NCBI RefSeq assembly: GCF_018977255.1
Contig: NW_024704743.1
Coordinates: forward strand, 66,528,001-66,592,000
DNA: 64,000 bases
DNA from: Callorhinchus milii
Taxonomy: Eukaryota
Direction: 5' to 3'
The position numbers and the translations under genes are program-made. Positions 26,301-40,744 of the stretch are shown piece after piece. The notes beneath the pieces were generated by a model. That model worked only from the letters and a program-made list of their open reading frames with translations, searched no databases and was not told where the DNA came from. The number at the start of each line of letters is the position of its first letter. Position 1 is the first letter of the stretch.

Positions 26301-29300
26301 GGATATGGCTGCTTTTGTGACCTTGTGGGTTCTTGCAGCAGAGTGACTTGTACTCATGATTATTATCAACAAATTTCTATTGTATGGGGTAACTTTGTGC
26401 AGTTCAAGCTTTACTGGTGTCTTATTAAACTTTCAGCTAGCCTGACAAATGAAATCAAAGGAAAATCACTTTAGGTTAACCCAATGAGCACTGGATCCAA
26501 ACACCATTTTTTCCCTCATGTTAATTAACATATTGGGTTGAGGAACATTATAAATTTACCCCTATATCTTTCCTATCATCTAACCATTGGGTTCTAATTT
26601 GCAATGTTTCTTGAACAAAATAAAAGCTGAATTGCTTAATTGAAAACTTCTTTCAGTAACTTCTGTGGGGACCTCCGCTCCAGTGCCTTCTACTTCTGGA
26701 CTTGATGTAAATTCTAATAAGCTTCCTTAATAAATACTACATACGAGACCTGATATTGGAAACTATTAATAATACAAAAATAATAATAATCATGATTCTT
26801 TCATTTAGTATAGTGCCTTTCACACCAGGAGGCCATCCCAAAGCAACAATATACATTTATATAGTGTCTTTCATGTCAAGAGGACATCTCAAAGTGCTTC
26901 ACACAGTTCACGATAATTCAAAATTAGGAGTGATTTCTCTAACTTGTATGAAACATTAAAACACAGTGCTCTTGATCTCCCCTCCCCCATTAATGCAGAG
27001 GTAGGCTGGCATCCAGTCACCTAAAACTGCTTGTGTTTTAAGCCTTGAGACCATTCTTTTATAAAGAATTGTGGAAGACAGGTATCCAAATTAAGACCTC
27101 ATTAAGACCTGCCCTCACCTTCCCTGAGCTCAACCACTCCCGCCCCCCGCCCCCAACTACTGGGTCCTAATCCTTGACTGTTCAGCACCTTGGGATCTCC
27201 TCCCAACGTGAAAGGCGCTTTATAAATGTAATTTTGTTTAATATTGTACATTAAAGAATCTTCCAAATGTTTGCACCATGTTAAGTTTTAAGATGTAAAG
27301 TTTAACATTTTAAGATGCTGGTACTCCAAGAGTACTCTAACATACCCTCGGAGCTCCCTGTAATTTGGTGAGCAGGGTGTGTCCCTCCAAGGCATTCCAT
27401 TCCAGACACAAGTAAAACAATACACTTCAAGAAAATAGTCTTAAGGCTAAGACAATGGGAAAATTCAGGCCTCAGATGTTCGGAACACAAAATTTCCCAC
27501 CAGCATTTCTCGATTTAGAAACATTTTTAAAATGCAGCAAAATATACCCCAGAATTTTAGAAATTGCACAAAAGGAGGTTATTTGTGCATTCAACAGTGC
27601 CCAAACATGAGTCAGTGTAAGTGAGGAAAGCAGGGGAGAGATAAGCAAAAAAAAACAACACCAGAAATGCTAAGTTAGCTAATTTATAAATCACAGAAAA
27701 ATCTGTGTAGCAAATTATTTTCTTGATAAAACTTGTACATTAGTCATCCAAGTGTTTGTATGACATAAAATGTAGAACTAAAGAAAATCAACAGGGTAAA
27801 AGATCAATTTTTTTCATATAAAGACAAAATAAGCAATATTTCCACACAGGTAATAAGCTTGAAGAAACATTTTATTACTGAGATAATTATTCATAATTTA
27901 GTGCCCTAAATGCAAGATAAGGGAAGATCTAAACTGCTGGATATATAATTTGTACAGAATAAGGATAGATTATTTAATTGTTTTATCATTGTGTGTGAAT
28001 CACAGCATTCAATGTGCCTCACAGATGACTGAAATTACAACAACAACTTGTATTTATATGCTGCTCTTTACACTGGGTAGTGTCTCAGAGTGTCTAATAA
28101 CATTAAGCTTAAAATTACATTAAAATAACATTAAATTCAAGTTAAAATAATAGCTTAGTTCTCATTAGATTAATTAGTCTGGAAACATAGAGTGGAAAAT
28201 TGATTTATTTTGTCAGCCAGGTGTCTGACAGATGCAGAAACCCATCACTATAGTTTAAAGTATACAAACTCACCTGAGACTTTCCACATATAATAATAAT
28301 CCTTGCATTTGATATAGCACTTAATCATGTTGTTGAAATGACTTAAAGTGCTGCACATGATTAACTGTAACGTGCAGTGACTGTGTATTTGAGGTGAATG
28401 CTGGAGACAATTTATAAATTTAATCCTTTCAATGACTCCATACATCCCAGGCAATACAATTGTCTGGAATAAAAGCTAGTTTTTAATTTGTAATAGCATA
28501 TTTCACTTCTTCTATAAAGGTTAAAATAAGGTTACCTGAAAAATTAACCAAGTGTAGACTGCATCAATGTGAAATGTTCTGGTTCCAACACCAACTGAGA
28601 CTATCAATATATGCTAATGTGTTTTATGGTGGGAGTGCATGTACAATGCCTTGAAAATCCTACTACACTTATTTCACCCTTACAACACAAAGAGTGAGGG
28701 TAAACAAAAGATTAGTCTGTGTGTTAATCCACTATGCCGCCCAATCACCTAAATCACGCAGCTGCTATAAAAAGGGCAAGCAACTAATACATAATAATTC
28801 ACTTTCAAATAAATTCAGTAAAATGCCAAATTGATTTATAATAGAGAAAGACAATGAGGTTCTGGGGCAAAGATTAAAATTAGATGTACATATATAAATG
28901 CCATAAACATTTTCAAATAAAATGAGAGAAGTATAGACGATGATGCCAATCACAGACATGGCTTGAAGTAAAATAAATGGAAGTGAATATAACTTCAGGA
29001 TATTATGCGCAATTGCCTGCTGCGTTTTGCCCACAAAATACACAGTCACTACACTTTACAGTATATCCTGTTAAGTGCTTTGAGACTTGATAAGGCGCTA
29101 TATTAAATGTAAATATTATTATTATTTGGGAAAGATGGGAGGATAGTTTAGTACCTTATATGTAAGGGACATCTGAGTGTTTAAGGTAGTTGAACCAGTG
29201 TCACGGAATAAACTATGCTACGGAATTCTCCAGGTAGATGTATTTATAATAATAATCCTTGTATTTGATATACCATCTTTCACATCAGGAGGTTGTTTCA

Positions 29301-32300
29301 CCAGAATATACTATAAAGTATAGTGACTGTGTATTTTGTGGGTGAATGCAGCAGCCAATTTTTGTGTGCATCAATGTTCCACAAAAACCCTTTAATGATA
29401 AGAAGTTAAAAAATAATTGGGCGGTAGTTACAGACTCCAGGGCAAACTAATTTATGGAGAATGACTTGACATTTCATGATATTGGAAGCTTGTGTGTGAA
29501 TCATGGATATAGGGAAATGGCATCATCGTGGTTCGGCATAGGGCTCCTGTGGGGTAGCAGGCACTAGCACATGACAAATTACTTCGTTTCTAAGATAATT
29601 CTATGACATTTACCCAGTTGGTCAACAAGGAGTTAAACTGTTTGTAAATCTATTAGTGTGGTTTCAGAGACAGCCCTTTATGGACTGTTCTTCATCTATC
29701 ACCTCAGCAAGTAACACATTTAATTGTTTATTCCTTTCCTTTTTTTTGCAGACACAGATCCAATCATTGCACCATGAATGATTACTTTGAAGGCTTCCCA
29801 CAAGGAGGCATTGAATTGATCATAACCTGAATCAAGGGGGAATGTTGTCAATACCTGTATCCAGCTGTCACACAAGCAGCATTATAGATTGGGGCAAGAT
29901 TAAAATGCCATCCAAAACTCTTCTTGATGTCTTTCAAAGGTTCAGTTTATAAACATTGATAGAACTATCTGCATCAAGCCTGATCCTATTGAAGATTGTA
30001 CATGTTGTTCAAAAGGTATCAGTACTGGAATAATGTATCATGATCACCAAAGTTTGGGCAGCCCAACCCGACTTCAAAAGACTTTAGAGTGATGAGAAAA
30101 TAACCCAGATATATTCTGTGTAACGTTGTATACAGTGAGTATTGTCATTGATTAAGATAGTCACATTTTTATGGTACATCTATGATTTATATAGAGGGTG
30201 GTGGGTATGAGTGTTCTGGATATAACATCAACAACAAACTGATATTGAAGCAGAGTCCATAAACTGCTTAAAGGAGAATTAGGTGGATGAATTGATGGGT
30301 TGTAACACATCCTTCGGGGTCTGTTTTCTCTTGTATCACTACAATAGATAGTAACACAAACACTCCATCAAGATCTAGATTTTCTTTTGAATATCTTCCT
30401 GCAGTCACTGCCTCCCCTTGTTCAAGGCACAACTCAAAACATACCTCTTTGATTGTGCTTTTGGTCATGTTTCCCCTCACCATTGTTCTCAGCTTCTATG
30501 CCAAAATTGTTTCTTAAATGAGCCGGAATTCTGGCCTCAAACAATCTTCCTGATAACCTTTTCTAGTCATTAATTATCATCTGGACAAAGTAATGTCTGG
30601 TCTGGTTTCCTCTCTCCATAGATGCTACCTGACCTGCTGAGTGTTCCCGGTGAATTCTTGTTTTGATGCCCTGGCATATCTGAAAGTATTGTTTAGGGTT
30701 TACTTTCTCAAACCTATTCAGAATTTTACACAACTTTATTGTACTATAAAGTCCTTTCTGAGATGTCTCTTCTTAAGCTTGAGAGAGCACTAACTTGTCT
30801 AATCATTATTGTATGCTTGCTATGGCTAAGTGACTTGTTGAGCTGCCTAAGGTTTCTGCTTTTGTGGCACTGTCCTTTCATCTCCTGATTGTGTTAGCTA
30901 CTAGCCACTTGATGAATACTGTATTGAGTAGAATACACTGTTGACGGAAAATGGCTGTGCCACACATCCAGCACATAAAAAACAAACAGGCCTTCACTAT
31001 CCCATTGCTCAGCCTCTGCAAATTCCATCTAAAACATTCTACATGCAGATGAAAAACATTGTTTAATCTAATTTCTGTAATTCCTTGGTATGAGATGAGA
31101 TTCCTGAATGAATGCAATTCTACATATAGGTTGATTCAGGAATTGAAGGATTTGATCTACATATGAAAATGATAGAAGATAACAGCACCTGAGGCCTGAA
31201 ATTCAGCGAATCTTAGCATGTATGACTATTTTGATGTAAAATTTAAGATCGCAAAGGATTGTGGAAAACTCGTTTAGAAGCTTATCTTAAAAAAGATCTA
31301 GCTTTAAAATTAAAACTGACTTTGACAATGCACCAGTTCAACAACAACAATACTGACAGAAATTTGCATTAATATAGAATGCACCGTCAAACAGAATGAT
31401 ATGACAGGTTAAGGATTGTGGGAGTAATTCTTTTAGATACAAAACATTGTTAAGTACAGATAATTTTATGTACATATAATTTCAGAAATTTCACCTGGGT
31501 CTAGATTTACTCTAGAATTTGGCAAATTGGTGAATTCAGTATGAACTTTGAAATCAGTTTTCTCAATTTTTATAAGAATTTACAGTTACACTGCTAAAAA
31601 AAAGGTTAATTTAACTTAAAGAATTTGCCAAATTCTAGATTCCTTAAAATGCTACATGAATAGAATATTTTTAGATTCAGGTGGAATTTCTCTTCAGTTA
31701 TTTCTATACAACCTGTTTTTAGCTTTGTTGCACCTTTCAACCAGCTGCCTAGTTTTCACTGGGTAGTTTTCGATAAAAATCGTCATTCACTTTATGGCTG
31801 TTTGCGGGCCATTGCCGTGCGCAAATTGGTTGCCGTGTTGGACCACAAAATGCACAGTCACTACATTTTACAGTAAATCCTGTGAAGCGCTTCGGAACGT
31901 CCTTCCAACATGAAAGGTGCTATACCACATGCAATGATTATTGTTATTAAATATTTGTTCCAATCACATCTTTATGCTAACTTCCAATAAATCACATTTT
32001 ATTTTCCTAAATTCATCAGCCGTCTCGTTGACGCATTTTTTAAAAATCAAGGTTTTGGGCAGAACTGCAGCCTAAAAGTACAGGTAAAAGTGACTCTATT
32101 TATTGATATTCTTTATCCATCATTTTAATATGATTGCTCCAATAACAAATCATTGTGTGCAAATAAAAAATAAAAAAGGTCTTGCTGAAAATATCAAAAT
32201 TATCTAAAGTGAACCAAGGTATAGGCACAGGTAGTTTAGATTTAGCATTTATAAGCTCACCTTCATGTGGCTATTTCCTTTGAGATCATTCATGTTTCCT

Positions 32301-32831
32301 CTCTCTGGAATACATATTTCCTGAACTTCTCTCATTTGACTTATACTGTTATCAATGGATAATGTCCTTTTCCTTGTAATAAGTGGAGATCTCTTTGCTC
32401 CAGTAAACACCACTCAACAACACACACCCCATTTTCCACCATCTCTATTACTTGACGAGTTGATTACAGCAGTTACAGAAAGTTGATTACAGCAGTTTCC
32501 TGTGAATTTATTTTTCATTCTATTTAGCATAATATTGTGACTAAATAATTGTTTCAGTTTGTTAAAAATAAAGTTGTCTCAGATTATTTTCATAGCAGAA
32601 TATTTCATTTTGTAATGCAAATATTGTAGAAAAATAGACTGAATAAAATAATATGAGATTGTTGAATTAGTCTGAATTTATGGGTCAAACATTCTGATAA
32701 ATTGAGGAGAATTATCCCGATCCATTGTTTCCTTTTCTGATCCTCTGATCTTATTCTTTTTTATCTGTGCTTGTTATGGTGAGAGTGTCAGTGCTGGGAA
32801 ATTGCAACAACATGAGCAATGTGCATTTATC

Positions 32832-33220
32832 GTGGAGTCCTGTAGTATAATGTTTTGTGCACTCGCCTAGCAAGCGAGAGGACCCGGGTTTGATTCCCAG
32901 GTAGGGCAAAAACCTTAGGCAAGTTTTCTTCCTCCACACCCCTCTGTTACCCAGCAGTAAGTAGGTATCTGATTGTTAGGTTATTGGCGGATCACTTTTC
33001 CAGCGGTAATAATCCCTTCAAAAAAAGAAAATGTTTTAAAGATTAATAGTAAGAGTAAATAAAGAGGGACACTGTGGGACAATTTGTGCTGTGCACAATT
33101 GGGTGCTGTGTTTTGCCCACAAAATACACAGTCTCACTTTACAGTATATTCTGTGAAGCGCTTTGAGACGTCTGGAAGACTTGATAAGGCAAAATATCAA
33201 ATGTAAAGATTATTATTATT
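32832..33220 (+). mobile_element. tRNA-derived SINE, full length, long form (more diverged)
   Basis: Same head and tail. Shares the internal CTCTGTTACCCAGCAGTAAGTAGGTATCTG... segment with 1428-1796. Confidence 0.88.
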
Positions 33221-34309
33221 TATATAGCAACCTTCATAACTTTTTGCCATGTCTATTGCTGCCTCACATGTTGTTAACACAGTGAGCAATGAGTCAACTG
33301 ATACTCCTAGATTTCTTCCACCTTCCCCCTTATTCCTTCCATGGAGTATGTATGCCTCTTATTCTTATTGACTATAAGCCTAACTTGCATTTATCTGCTT
33401 CGGCAGTGTTAATCACATTAATATACATAGCATATGCAGGTTTTTCTGCTGTTACAGAGGTTAAACAGATGTATGCTTTTGTAATCATATTAAAGGTCTT
33501 AACTAATGATTATTAGCTTTGTTAGTACTCAGTGATGATAAATGTGCAGGCTTTTGGTAATACTGCACTGACAAGCATGCATTCTACCCTGAATTATAAT
33601 CATGGCATTAACATCTTTGAATTAGCACATGAAGCTGACGTGCCCTAAAAATCATTATTACTACTGAATGTTCTTGTTAATTATTTCAAAATTAAAGTTA
33701 TACTGTTACTAATCTTGGAATAATATACATTTTTTAGATGAGTCAATGCTTCCATATGCAGCTGTGGATATAAAAGAGTTTTGATGGCTAGCATTTGGAA
33801 AATAACACTGTAATCCCAATGGGCAAAGCGGAAGCTTGCCTTTTCAGATGTGAACAGTACTCTTGTGCCGTCCGTCAGCTCAGTACTGTGCGATTCCTTT
33901 GTCATGACTGGAGTGGGAGAATGCTATCGCTTTATGATTTTTCAGTAAGAAAAATATCAAAGTAAAGAGCATGTTTATTCTGAATGTTTTGGCTTCTGTT
34001 GAACAGTTGATGTGCTTAGAACTCAGATAAAAAATGCTATCTTTAGATATTCTTCAATGCACAGTATTTTATTGTTTCTCAAGGGTAATGCTGTACACAC
34101 CTAAGAACAATCTTTCTTCAGCAAAATGCCTTTGCCAATCCAGCCACACAATTAACTCATTCTCAGGGCCTCAACAATGGACCGAAACACAAAAAAACTA
34201 GAAAATAAATATGTGTCGTAATTGGTAAAGTCATGAAATAGAACAAGGGGAAGAAAGTGCTTGTGGGTAAAATGCATGATTACATCGAGAACAAATTGCT
34301 CATATTTCA

Positions 34310-34560
34310 ATAACTTACAGGGTAGCATCTCCGAATGGCAGAGCACAATGCTGAGCTGGAGGAAGAAGGAGGTGACCGTAGGCACAGTCGAAGAGGAAGG
34401 TCTTCAGGCGCGACCAGAAGATGGGGCAAGATGGTGGGATAAAAGAATTGTTCCAGAGTTTCGGGGCCTAGTAACTGAGGGTGTGAGGGTCATGCAGGAG
34501 GCTGAAGCCAGTCGAGTGGATTCGACAGGTAGTGGATGGGGGAGGAAGCAGGTCAGAGAG
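34310..34560 (-). mobile_element. L2-clade LINE 3' fragment (degenerate)
   Basis: Similar to the 3' end at 42355-42700. Confidence 0.65.
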
Positions 34561-35314
34561 CTGTTTCCTTGGAAACTGGTGAAAAAGGGTCCAACAACAG
34601 TTAAGTCATATATCATGTGTGCACAATAACACTAAAGAAGTATGCATGAATGACCAACATCGGTATCCATGATGCCGTTGAGTTCTGCTAGGCATGTTGG
34701 AAACGCTATAGGTTTGGAAGCCACTAATACTGTTCAGCCTTCTGCTGAAATTGAATGTTTGAGTGTTGCTAAATTTCCCTACTGTATTAACTAAGGCACA
34801 TTGCTATTAGTGATGATTATGGGATTTTAAGCCTGTATTATTCAAGCCACGCTGGTCACAGCAATGCACATTTTGAAATTCTGAAAGAACAGACTTTGCA
34901 CAAAGTATACATTCCATTGCGCAAAATTGCAGGCAAGATTTAAATATGTCCACCCAAATAAAAATATTTTCTATTTTTTACCTAAATTTAGCATTCTCAA
35001 TTATTTATTCACCTTTCGACTAATGTTCCTGTAAGTCGATGGGAATTCTATGTAATTAAGTTCTTTTGGGAGGGGGAGGGGAGCCTCAAGTCACCCTGTC
35101 TTAAGTCTCTAGAACTCCATTCTGGAGTTCCTCCAACTTGCCCCCTTCCTCCTTGCCTTCAAAATCAGCCTTAAAATCTATCAGCTTTCAGACATCCTCC
35201 TGAATTGCATGACACTAAATATAAATTGTTGTTCTTGTCATTCATATAGATTTTCCTTTTAATTTAACAAGCAATTATATAGGTAGAATAAGATAGCGAT
35301 ATACAAGCAGGTAC

Positions 35315-36290
35315 AACAATAACAACAAAATTACATTTGTATCGCACCTTTCACATCAGGAGGATATCCCAGGCTCTGGACAATCAATGTTTCGGACTCA
35401 ATCTGAGGGTCGGGATCAGGGAGGGTGGAGGCAGGAGGGGGAAGGAGGGTGATCAAAGGCACAGTCAAAGAGGACGATCTTATAATAATAATCCTTAATA
35501 ATAATCCTTGCATTTGATATAGCACTTTTCACGTCTTCTAGACGTCCCAAAGCGCTTCACAGAATATACTGTAAAGTGAATTGACTGTATATTTGTGGGC
35601 GAACGCGGCAGCCAATTGCGCGCAGCAGTGTCCCACAAACAGTCATGGATTGAAAATGACCAATTTATTATTGTTTTTTGTTTTGGAGGGATTATTATTA
35701 GGTGTGTGGAGTAAGGAAACTTGTCCAAGGTTTCGCTCTGCCTGGAATTGAACCCAGATGTCTCGCTTGCAAAGTGAGTGCTCTAACCACTGAGCTACAG
35801 GACTCCACATCTTGAGACAATTCTTGAAGGAGGCAAGGGAGGGTTTGAGGCAGAGGGACTGCGGGATGGAGTTTCAGAGGGTGGGGGCAAACTGACTAAA
35901 GGCTCACCCGCCAATATTCGGGCGGGCAAGGTGGGGGATGTGAAGCAGGCAGGAACCTGCTGAGTAGAGGGAGCGGGCTGGTTGGTAGGAGGTTAGGAGG
36001 TCACAGAGGCAGTGGGAACAAGGCCATGGCTTTGAAGGTGAGGACCAGGATCTTGAACTGTATCCTCCTTGTGATGGGAAGCCAGTGGAGGGAGGAGTTG
36101 GGGAGGCCAACAAGCAGGGAGTTTGCATGGTCAAGCCTGGATGTTATGAATGTGTATATGAGGGTCTCGGCAGCCTGTAGTATGAGATAGTGGCGGAGCC
36201 GGGCGATGTTGTGGAGGTGGGGAAAGGCAGAGTGGGTGTGGGGCAGAAAGAACAGTTGAAGGTCAAACAAGATGCCAAGGTTCCGGTACA
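35315..36290 (-). mobile_element. L2-clade LINE 3' fragment split by a SINE
   Basis: RNLGILFDLQL...AETLIYTFITSRLDHANSLLVGLP...HWLPITRRIQFKILVLTFKA. Confidence 0.88.
35482..35808 (-). mobile_element. tRNA-derived SINE, full length, short form, inserted into an L2 fragment
   Basis: Near identical to the other copies. Flanked by ATCTT direct repeats (35477-35481, 35809-35813). Confidence 0.93.
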
Positions 36291-36455
36291 TTAATGTAGT
36301 GAGATACAAACAGGTACATTAATATCGTGAGACAGAAGTAAATAATGGTATATAAACAGGTCCATCGATATTGTGATATACAAACAGGTATATTAATATA
36401 GTGAGGTACAAACAGGTGCAACAATAAAATGAGATACAAACTGGTACATTAATAT
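36285..36455. repeat. Minisatellite, ~28-bp unit AGGTACATTAATATAGTGAGATACAAAC, about 6 degenerate copies
   Basis: Direct reading of the sequence. Confidence 0.8.
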
Positions 36456-36654
36456 GTATAAATAAATGAGGTAATATGGACAATTGTGAACCCATGGCCG
36501 TTTATGTCTAGATTTATTCCAATAAATAATAGAGAACTGGAAAATTGAGTGCTCAATGGTTCACCTCAAATAAAATTGAAACGTTTGAAAGGGATCACAC
36601 CAATTATACAATTCAGTTAACAAGCAATTATACCCTGAGACTTGTTCACATAGT

Positions 36655-36990
36655 CACACGACAACAATCTGCAATTGACACACCATGTAGAATAGCATCT
36701 CAAACCTCTTTATAGAGGTGGTGTGGTCATCAAGCAGGATAGGTGCGGAGTGGGGGAGGAAGAAGGTGACTGTAAGCATGGTCCAGGAGGCAGGGCAGCT
36801 TTTGAGGACAGATGGAGGTGAGATGGAGCAGTTGAGGAAAGGAGCTGCAGAGGTTGAGGGCACAGTGGCTGAGGGCACGGTTGCTGATTGCTTAGCCACT
36901 GTTGGTGAGACACAAGAGGCAAGGAGTGTTCAGCTGAATTAGATTTGCTGAGCGGATTGGACAGGAGAGTGACTGGAGAGAGTGAGGTAG
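36655..36990 (-). mobile_element. L2-clade LINE 3' fragment (degenerate)
   Basis: Similar to the other L2 3' ends. Confidence 0.6.
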
Positions 36991-39467
36991 GGAAGTGTGA
37001 AGGCAATAATGCTAAGGGAACCAAAATCTGTTCACTGCAATGGTTTTGAGTCACCAAAGTGACCCAGTTAATCTAGTTCGAGCCCACTCTTAGGAGATGC
37101 ATACTCTATACAAAAGGAGCACGATCAACATGTAATTCAACGTTTGGTTGGCATATATGCTTTGATTGTGGGCAATCCCAACACCAGTCACTGCACACAC
37201 AAAACCTGCAGCCCAGGAGATGCCAGAGAAGCTTCATCACCAAGGCAACAAGAGCTTTAAAACAGCAGCTGCTACTGTTGGGTGTGCCAGTGTGGATTTT
37301 ACATTTCTAATTATGCGTATTGATGTTGTGATCTAGCTGAGATTTTTTCAAAAAGGGCAACTAACAGAAAACATTAGGGTACACTTTCCTTCAATTTGTG
37401 TTCAAAATAGTTGTTTTAACATCTTCTTACTAGTTCACCGTCTGTGCTTATGTTGGGAGCAGGTTAGACAGTGACTTATGCTTAAAGATCTTTCACCTTC
37501 CTCCCTGCTACTATACTCTCAATGAAGTCCAAGACACAATTTCTCTGCTTGACAATTCAAAGCAGGTGAATGTCATTCACCAATCAAAGCTAAATTTAGG
37601 CCTGAAATTTCACTAACTTTTACCTTTAAGACCCTTATTGCCTTAAAATTTAAGATTGAGCAGAACTGTGGAAAACTCTACAGTTCATTCTTAATATGGA
37701 AGTTGGTTTCCTGCAGTTCATAAAGAGAATAACTGCATAATTACTGTATCTAAAATGACTTTAGCAATGATAGCTGCTCTTGGGCTATTTCTGCAGCAAT
37801 CAAACCTGTGCTTGAGTAACTCACACATGACTAACTCACAGATTTGTAAGAAACAATGATATCCAACCTCATTAAACCATTTTTAAAGTGAAATCTAAGG
37901 GGATGCAAAATTTGACCTTTCGTAACAGATTCAATGCGATATATCAAATCAATTATGAAACGGCACAAAATGCGTCCTATATTCTTTCCATTTTAAAACA
38001 ATTTTCAAATGTTACTGAGAAACAAAATGAAGACAAATCTGAAGCATTTCTGTCAGTTTGCAATACATCGGCTCCAAATGCACTTTCGTAGTAGTCTTTG
38101 TGACATTCAGATCATTTGTCATTTAAACTCCTTTTACTATTGAATTGTCGACCTACGTAATCCAACACCCTTTTCAGTTGTGAGAGTAAATTGAAGGAGA
38201 GATTTCAGTTGATCTTCAAATTTTGAAGTAAGATCTCTACATCTGATGTTTGTGGAGGCTTGAAAAATAAATGCAAGGACGTTTTTGTTTGCAGTGCCAT
38301 TTTGTGTTGCAAGTTTTTGATTACATCAGAAGTCTATTATTCCACTCCATTTCTTCAATATAGGAAAAATTGCTCTCTGACAAAAAAGTGTTTCTCAGTG
38401 CATAAGAAAGAATGAAATGAGAAAAAGAGTTGTGGCCCATTAAGCCAGTTTCTTCTAATTAACGTTGCATTGGCATCAATATCCCAGACTTTTCTTATGT
38501 CATTCTTTACTTTTTATGATTTTAGGGGATTATTTAAAGGTTACTTGGTTAATAATAATCATAACAGTAATCTTTCCATTAAATTAAATAATCTTTAATA
38601 TAAGACACATAATGTTGAAAATGTCTTAAAGCGCTTCACAATGTTTTTTGTAATGTGTAGTGAGTGTACTTTTTTAGGCAACATAGCTGCCAATTTGCAC
38701 ACAACAATGTTCCACCTACAGCCATAGAGTAATGATTTTAACAGGAAGATTGTTGGCAAGGACACTAGGAGAAACTGCATTCACTTTTAAATTAGTGTAG
38801 AGGCATCTTTACTATTCATCTGAACAGGAGGTGGGACCTCAGTTTAATGTCACGCCTGAAGAATGCTATGATGGGAGAATTAATGTTCTAAAATTATAAA
38901 TCCATCCTACTTAGCTTCCTCCTCCCCACAGCTTGAGTGCACATCCTCCTAATGCACAAGGCACTATGTAAATATAAATTCTCCTGCATTTTATTCAATA
39001 TGCTTAATGCCCTTTTTTAATTCTGACTCCCCTTATGTTCATATCTAAAAATACTTATCAAATTACAAGCACTTTCATCAGGAAGAGATCAGATGTTTCC
39101 TTCATGATATCCCTACAGCACCCGGGAATCAAAGATGCATTATTTGTCATTGCCGTTTTTCCGGTGCTTATTGAATGTGCTCATGTAGTCATTGTGGCAC
39201 TTTCTGAGAAAGCGTGCATGAACAAAAAAATCTGCTCTACTAATGCATTGCAAATAATATTGTTGCTGATATGCACTAAGGACCTTGGCAGCATTTGTGA
39301 TTCTTCATCAACTGTAGATGACGTTTGTGCAAAAATATATTGCTGAAGAGCTGCTTAGTATGACATTACCCTATCAGAGTATTTTAGTTAACACAACACT
39401 ATAATTTCCTTTACTATGCACAACAAAGCTCATTGTTTTAATATTATCAAAGACAGGCGCCATTTAA

Positions 39468-39735
39468 TTTTGGTCAGCTGGGTGTCTGACACATGCTCAA
39501 ACCTATTGCCATGCTTAAAAATACCCAAACCAGATTGAGATTCTATACATGTAACTATACTTGAAAATTCCAAAGATATTTATTGGAATGAAATGCGTAC
39601 TCTCTCCCTGGAGGGATGCATCCTCCTTACTAAATTCCAGAGAGTATTTGGCAAGAACCAAGGCTCGGGGATGCCACAGTGTGTGTTTGGGGTAATGCTG
39701 AAGTTTAACCAGCTAAAACTGCACAGCATGCCATT
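39468..39735. repeat. Unclassified ~290-bp dispersed repeat copy
   Basis: Reverse-complement match to 49680-49967. Confidence 0.75.
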
Positions 39736-39754
39736 GAAATGAACGATTAGATAA

Positions 39755-40180
39755 ACTGGGCATGTTCACGCTGGAGAAGCGAAGGTTGAGGGACTATATC
39801 ATTGCGGTCTTTAAGATTCTGAAGGGAATAGATAATCTAGATCATGATAAGCTATTTTAATTTGTACTGAACAGTAGAGCCAGAGGACACGGCCTGAGAT
39901 GGAAGGGGGGTTAAATTCAGAACAACACTGCGGAATCAGTACTTCAATGAGAGAGTAGTAAACTTATGGAACACGCTCCCTAGGGAGTTGGTGGAAGTGT
40001 AAAATGTTGTTTGTTTCAAGAACAAATTAGATAGATTTCTGCTAGAAAATAATATCTCAGGATACAGTATATAGCTGGAACGTGACATGACAAGCGACTG
40101 CCAGGAAGGTGGAAGGCAAACAAGATGGACTTTGGTCTTCTTTCACCTAGCAAATTCTTGTGTCTTTTTGTTCTTATGAA
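39755..40180 (+). mobile_element. CR1 LINE 3' fragment
   Basis: LEKRRLR...VFKILKG...RARGH...ERVVNLWNTLP remnants. The 3'UTR ends GTTCTTATG. Confidence 0.8.
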
Positions 40181-40744
40181 AGCACTGTCTGGTAAGCTTT
40201 CCCATGGCTTCTCCAACTAGGGCCACCTTTTGAAGACAAATCCGCCTTCAGCGTGCTCAGCGACTGGTATGTATATCAGTTTGACAGGTCAGTATGCCAG
40301 GATTTCTTGAAATGAAAGGAGCGATATCAAATGTAAGGATTATTATTATAATCTTAATTTTAGGAGCTTAACAAATGCCTTCTGAATTTCCATATGAATA
40401 ATATTCCTTGATCTTCCTCTATTACGTCAGTGATTTTGTCAAATAATTCTATGAAGTTAATCAGAAATTATCCAACATGCACAAAACCATTTAGATACAA
40501 TTTTCCTTTTATTCGCCCTTCAATTTCTCCCATCCTGCTGAAAGACACTGGCTCATGGAAAGTTCAATGGGTTGTCATTTGGCCTCATCCAAACAGTCAT
40601 GATTATTATCCAAGTCTGAATAGTGAGTGACATAAAATTATTTAGTAGAAGGTGAAGGGGTATTATATGACAAGCCAAGTGAAAATAAACTAAGACATTT
40701 TTTTCTTTCATATTTCCAAATTACATTACAATTTAAAATAGATG

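Noticed and set aside
36285..36455. CRISPR-like array
   Set aside because: Head-to-tail degenerate units without unique spacers, in a eukaryotic context with no cas genes.
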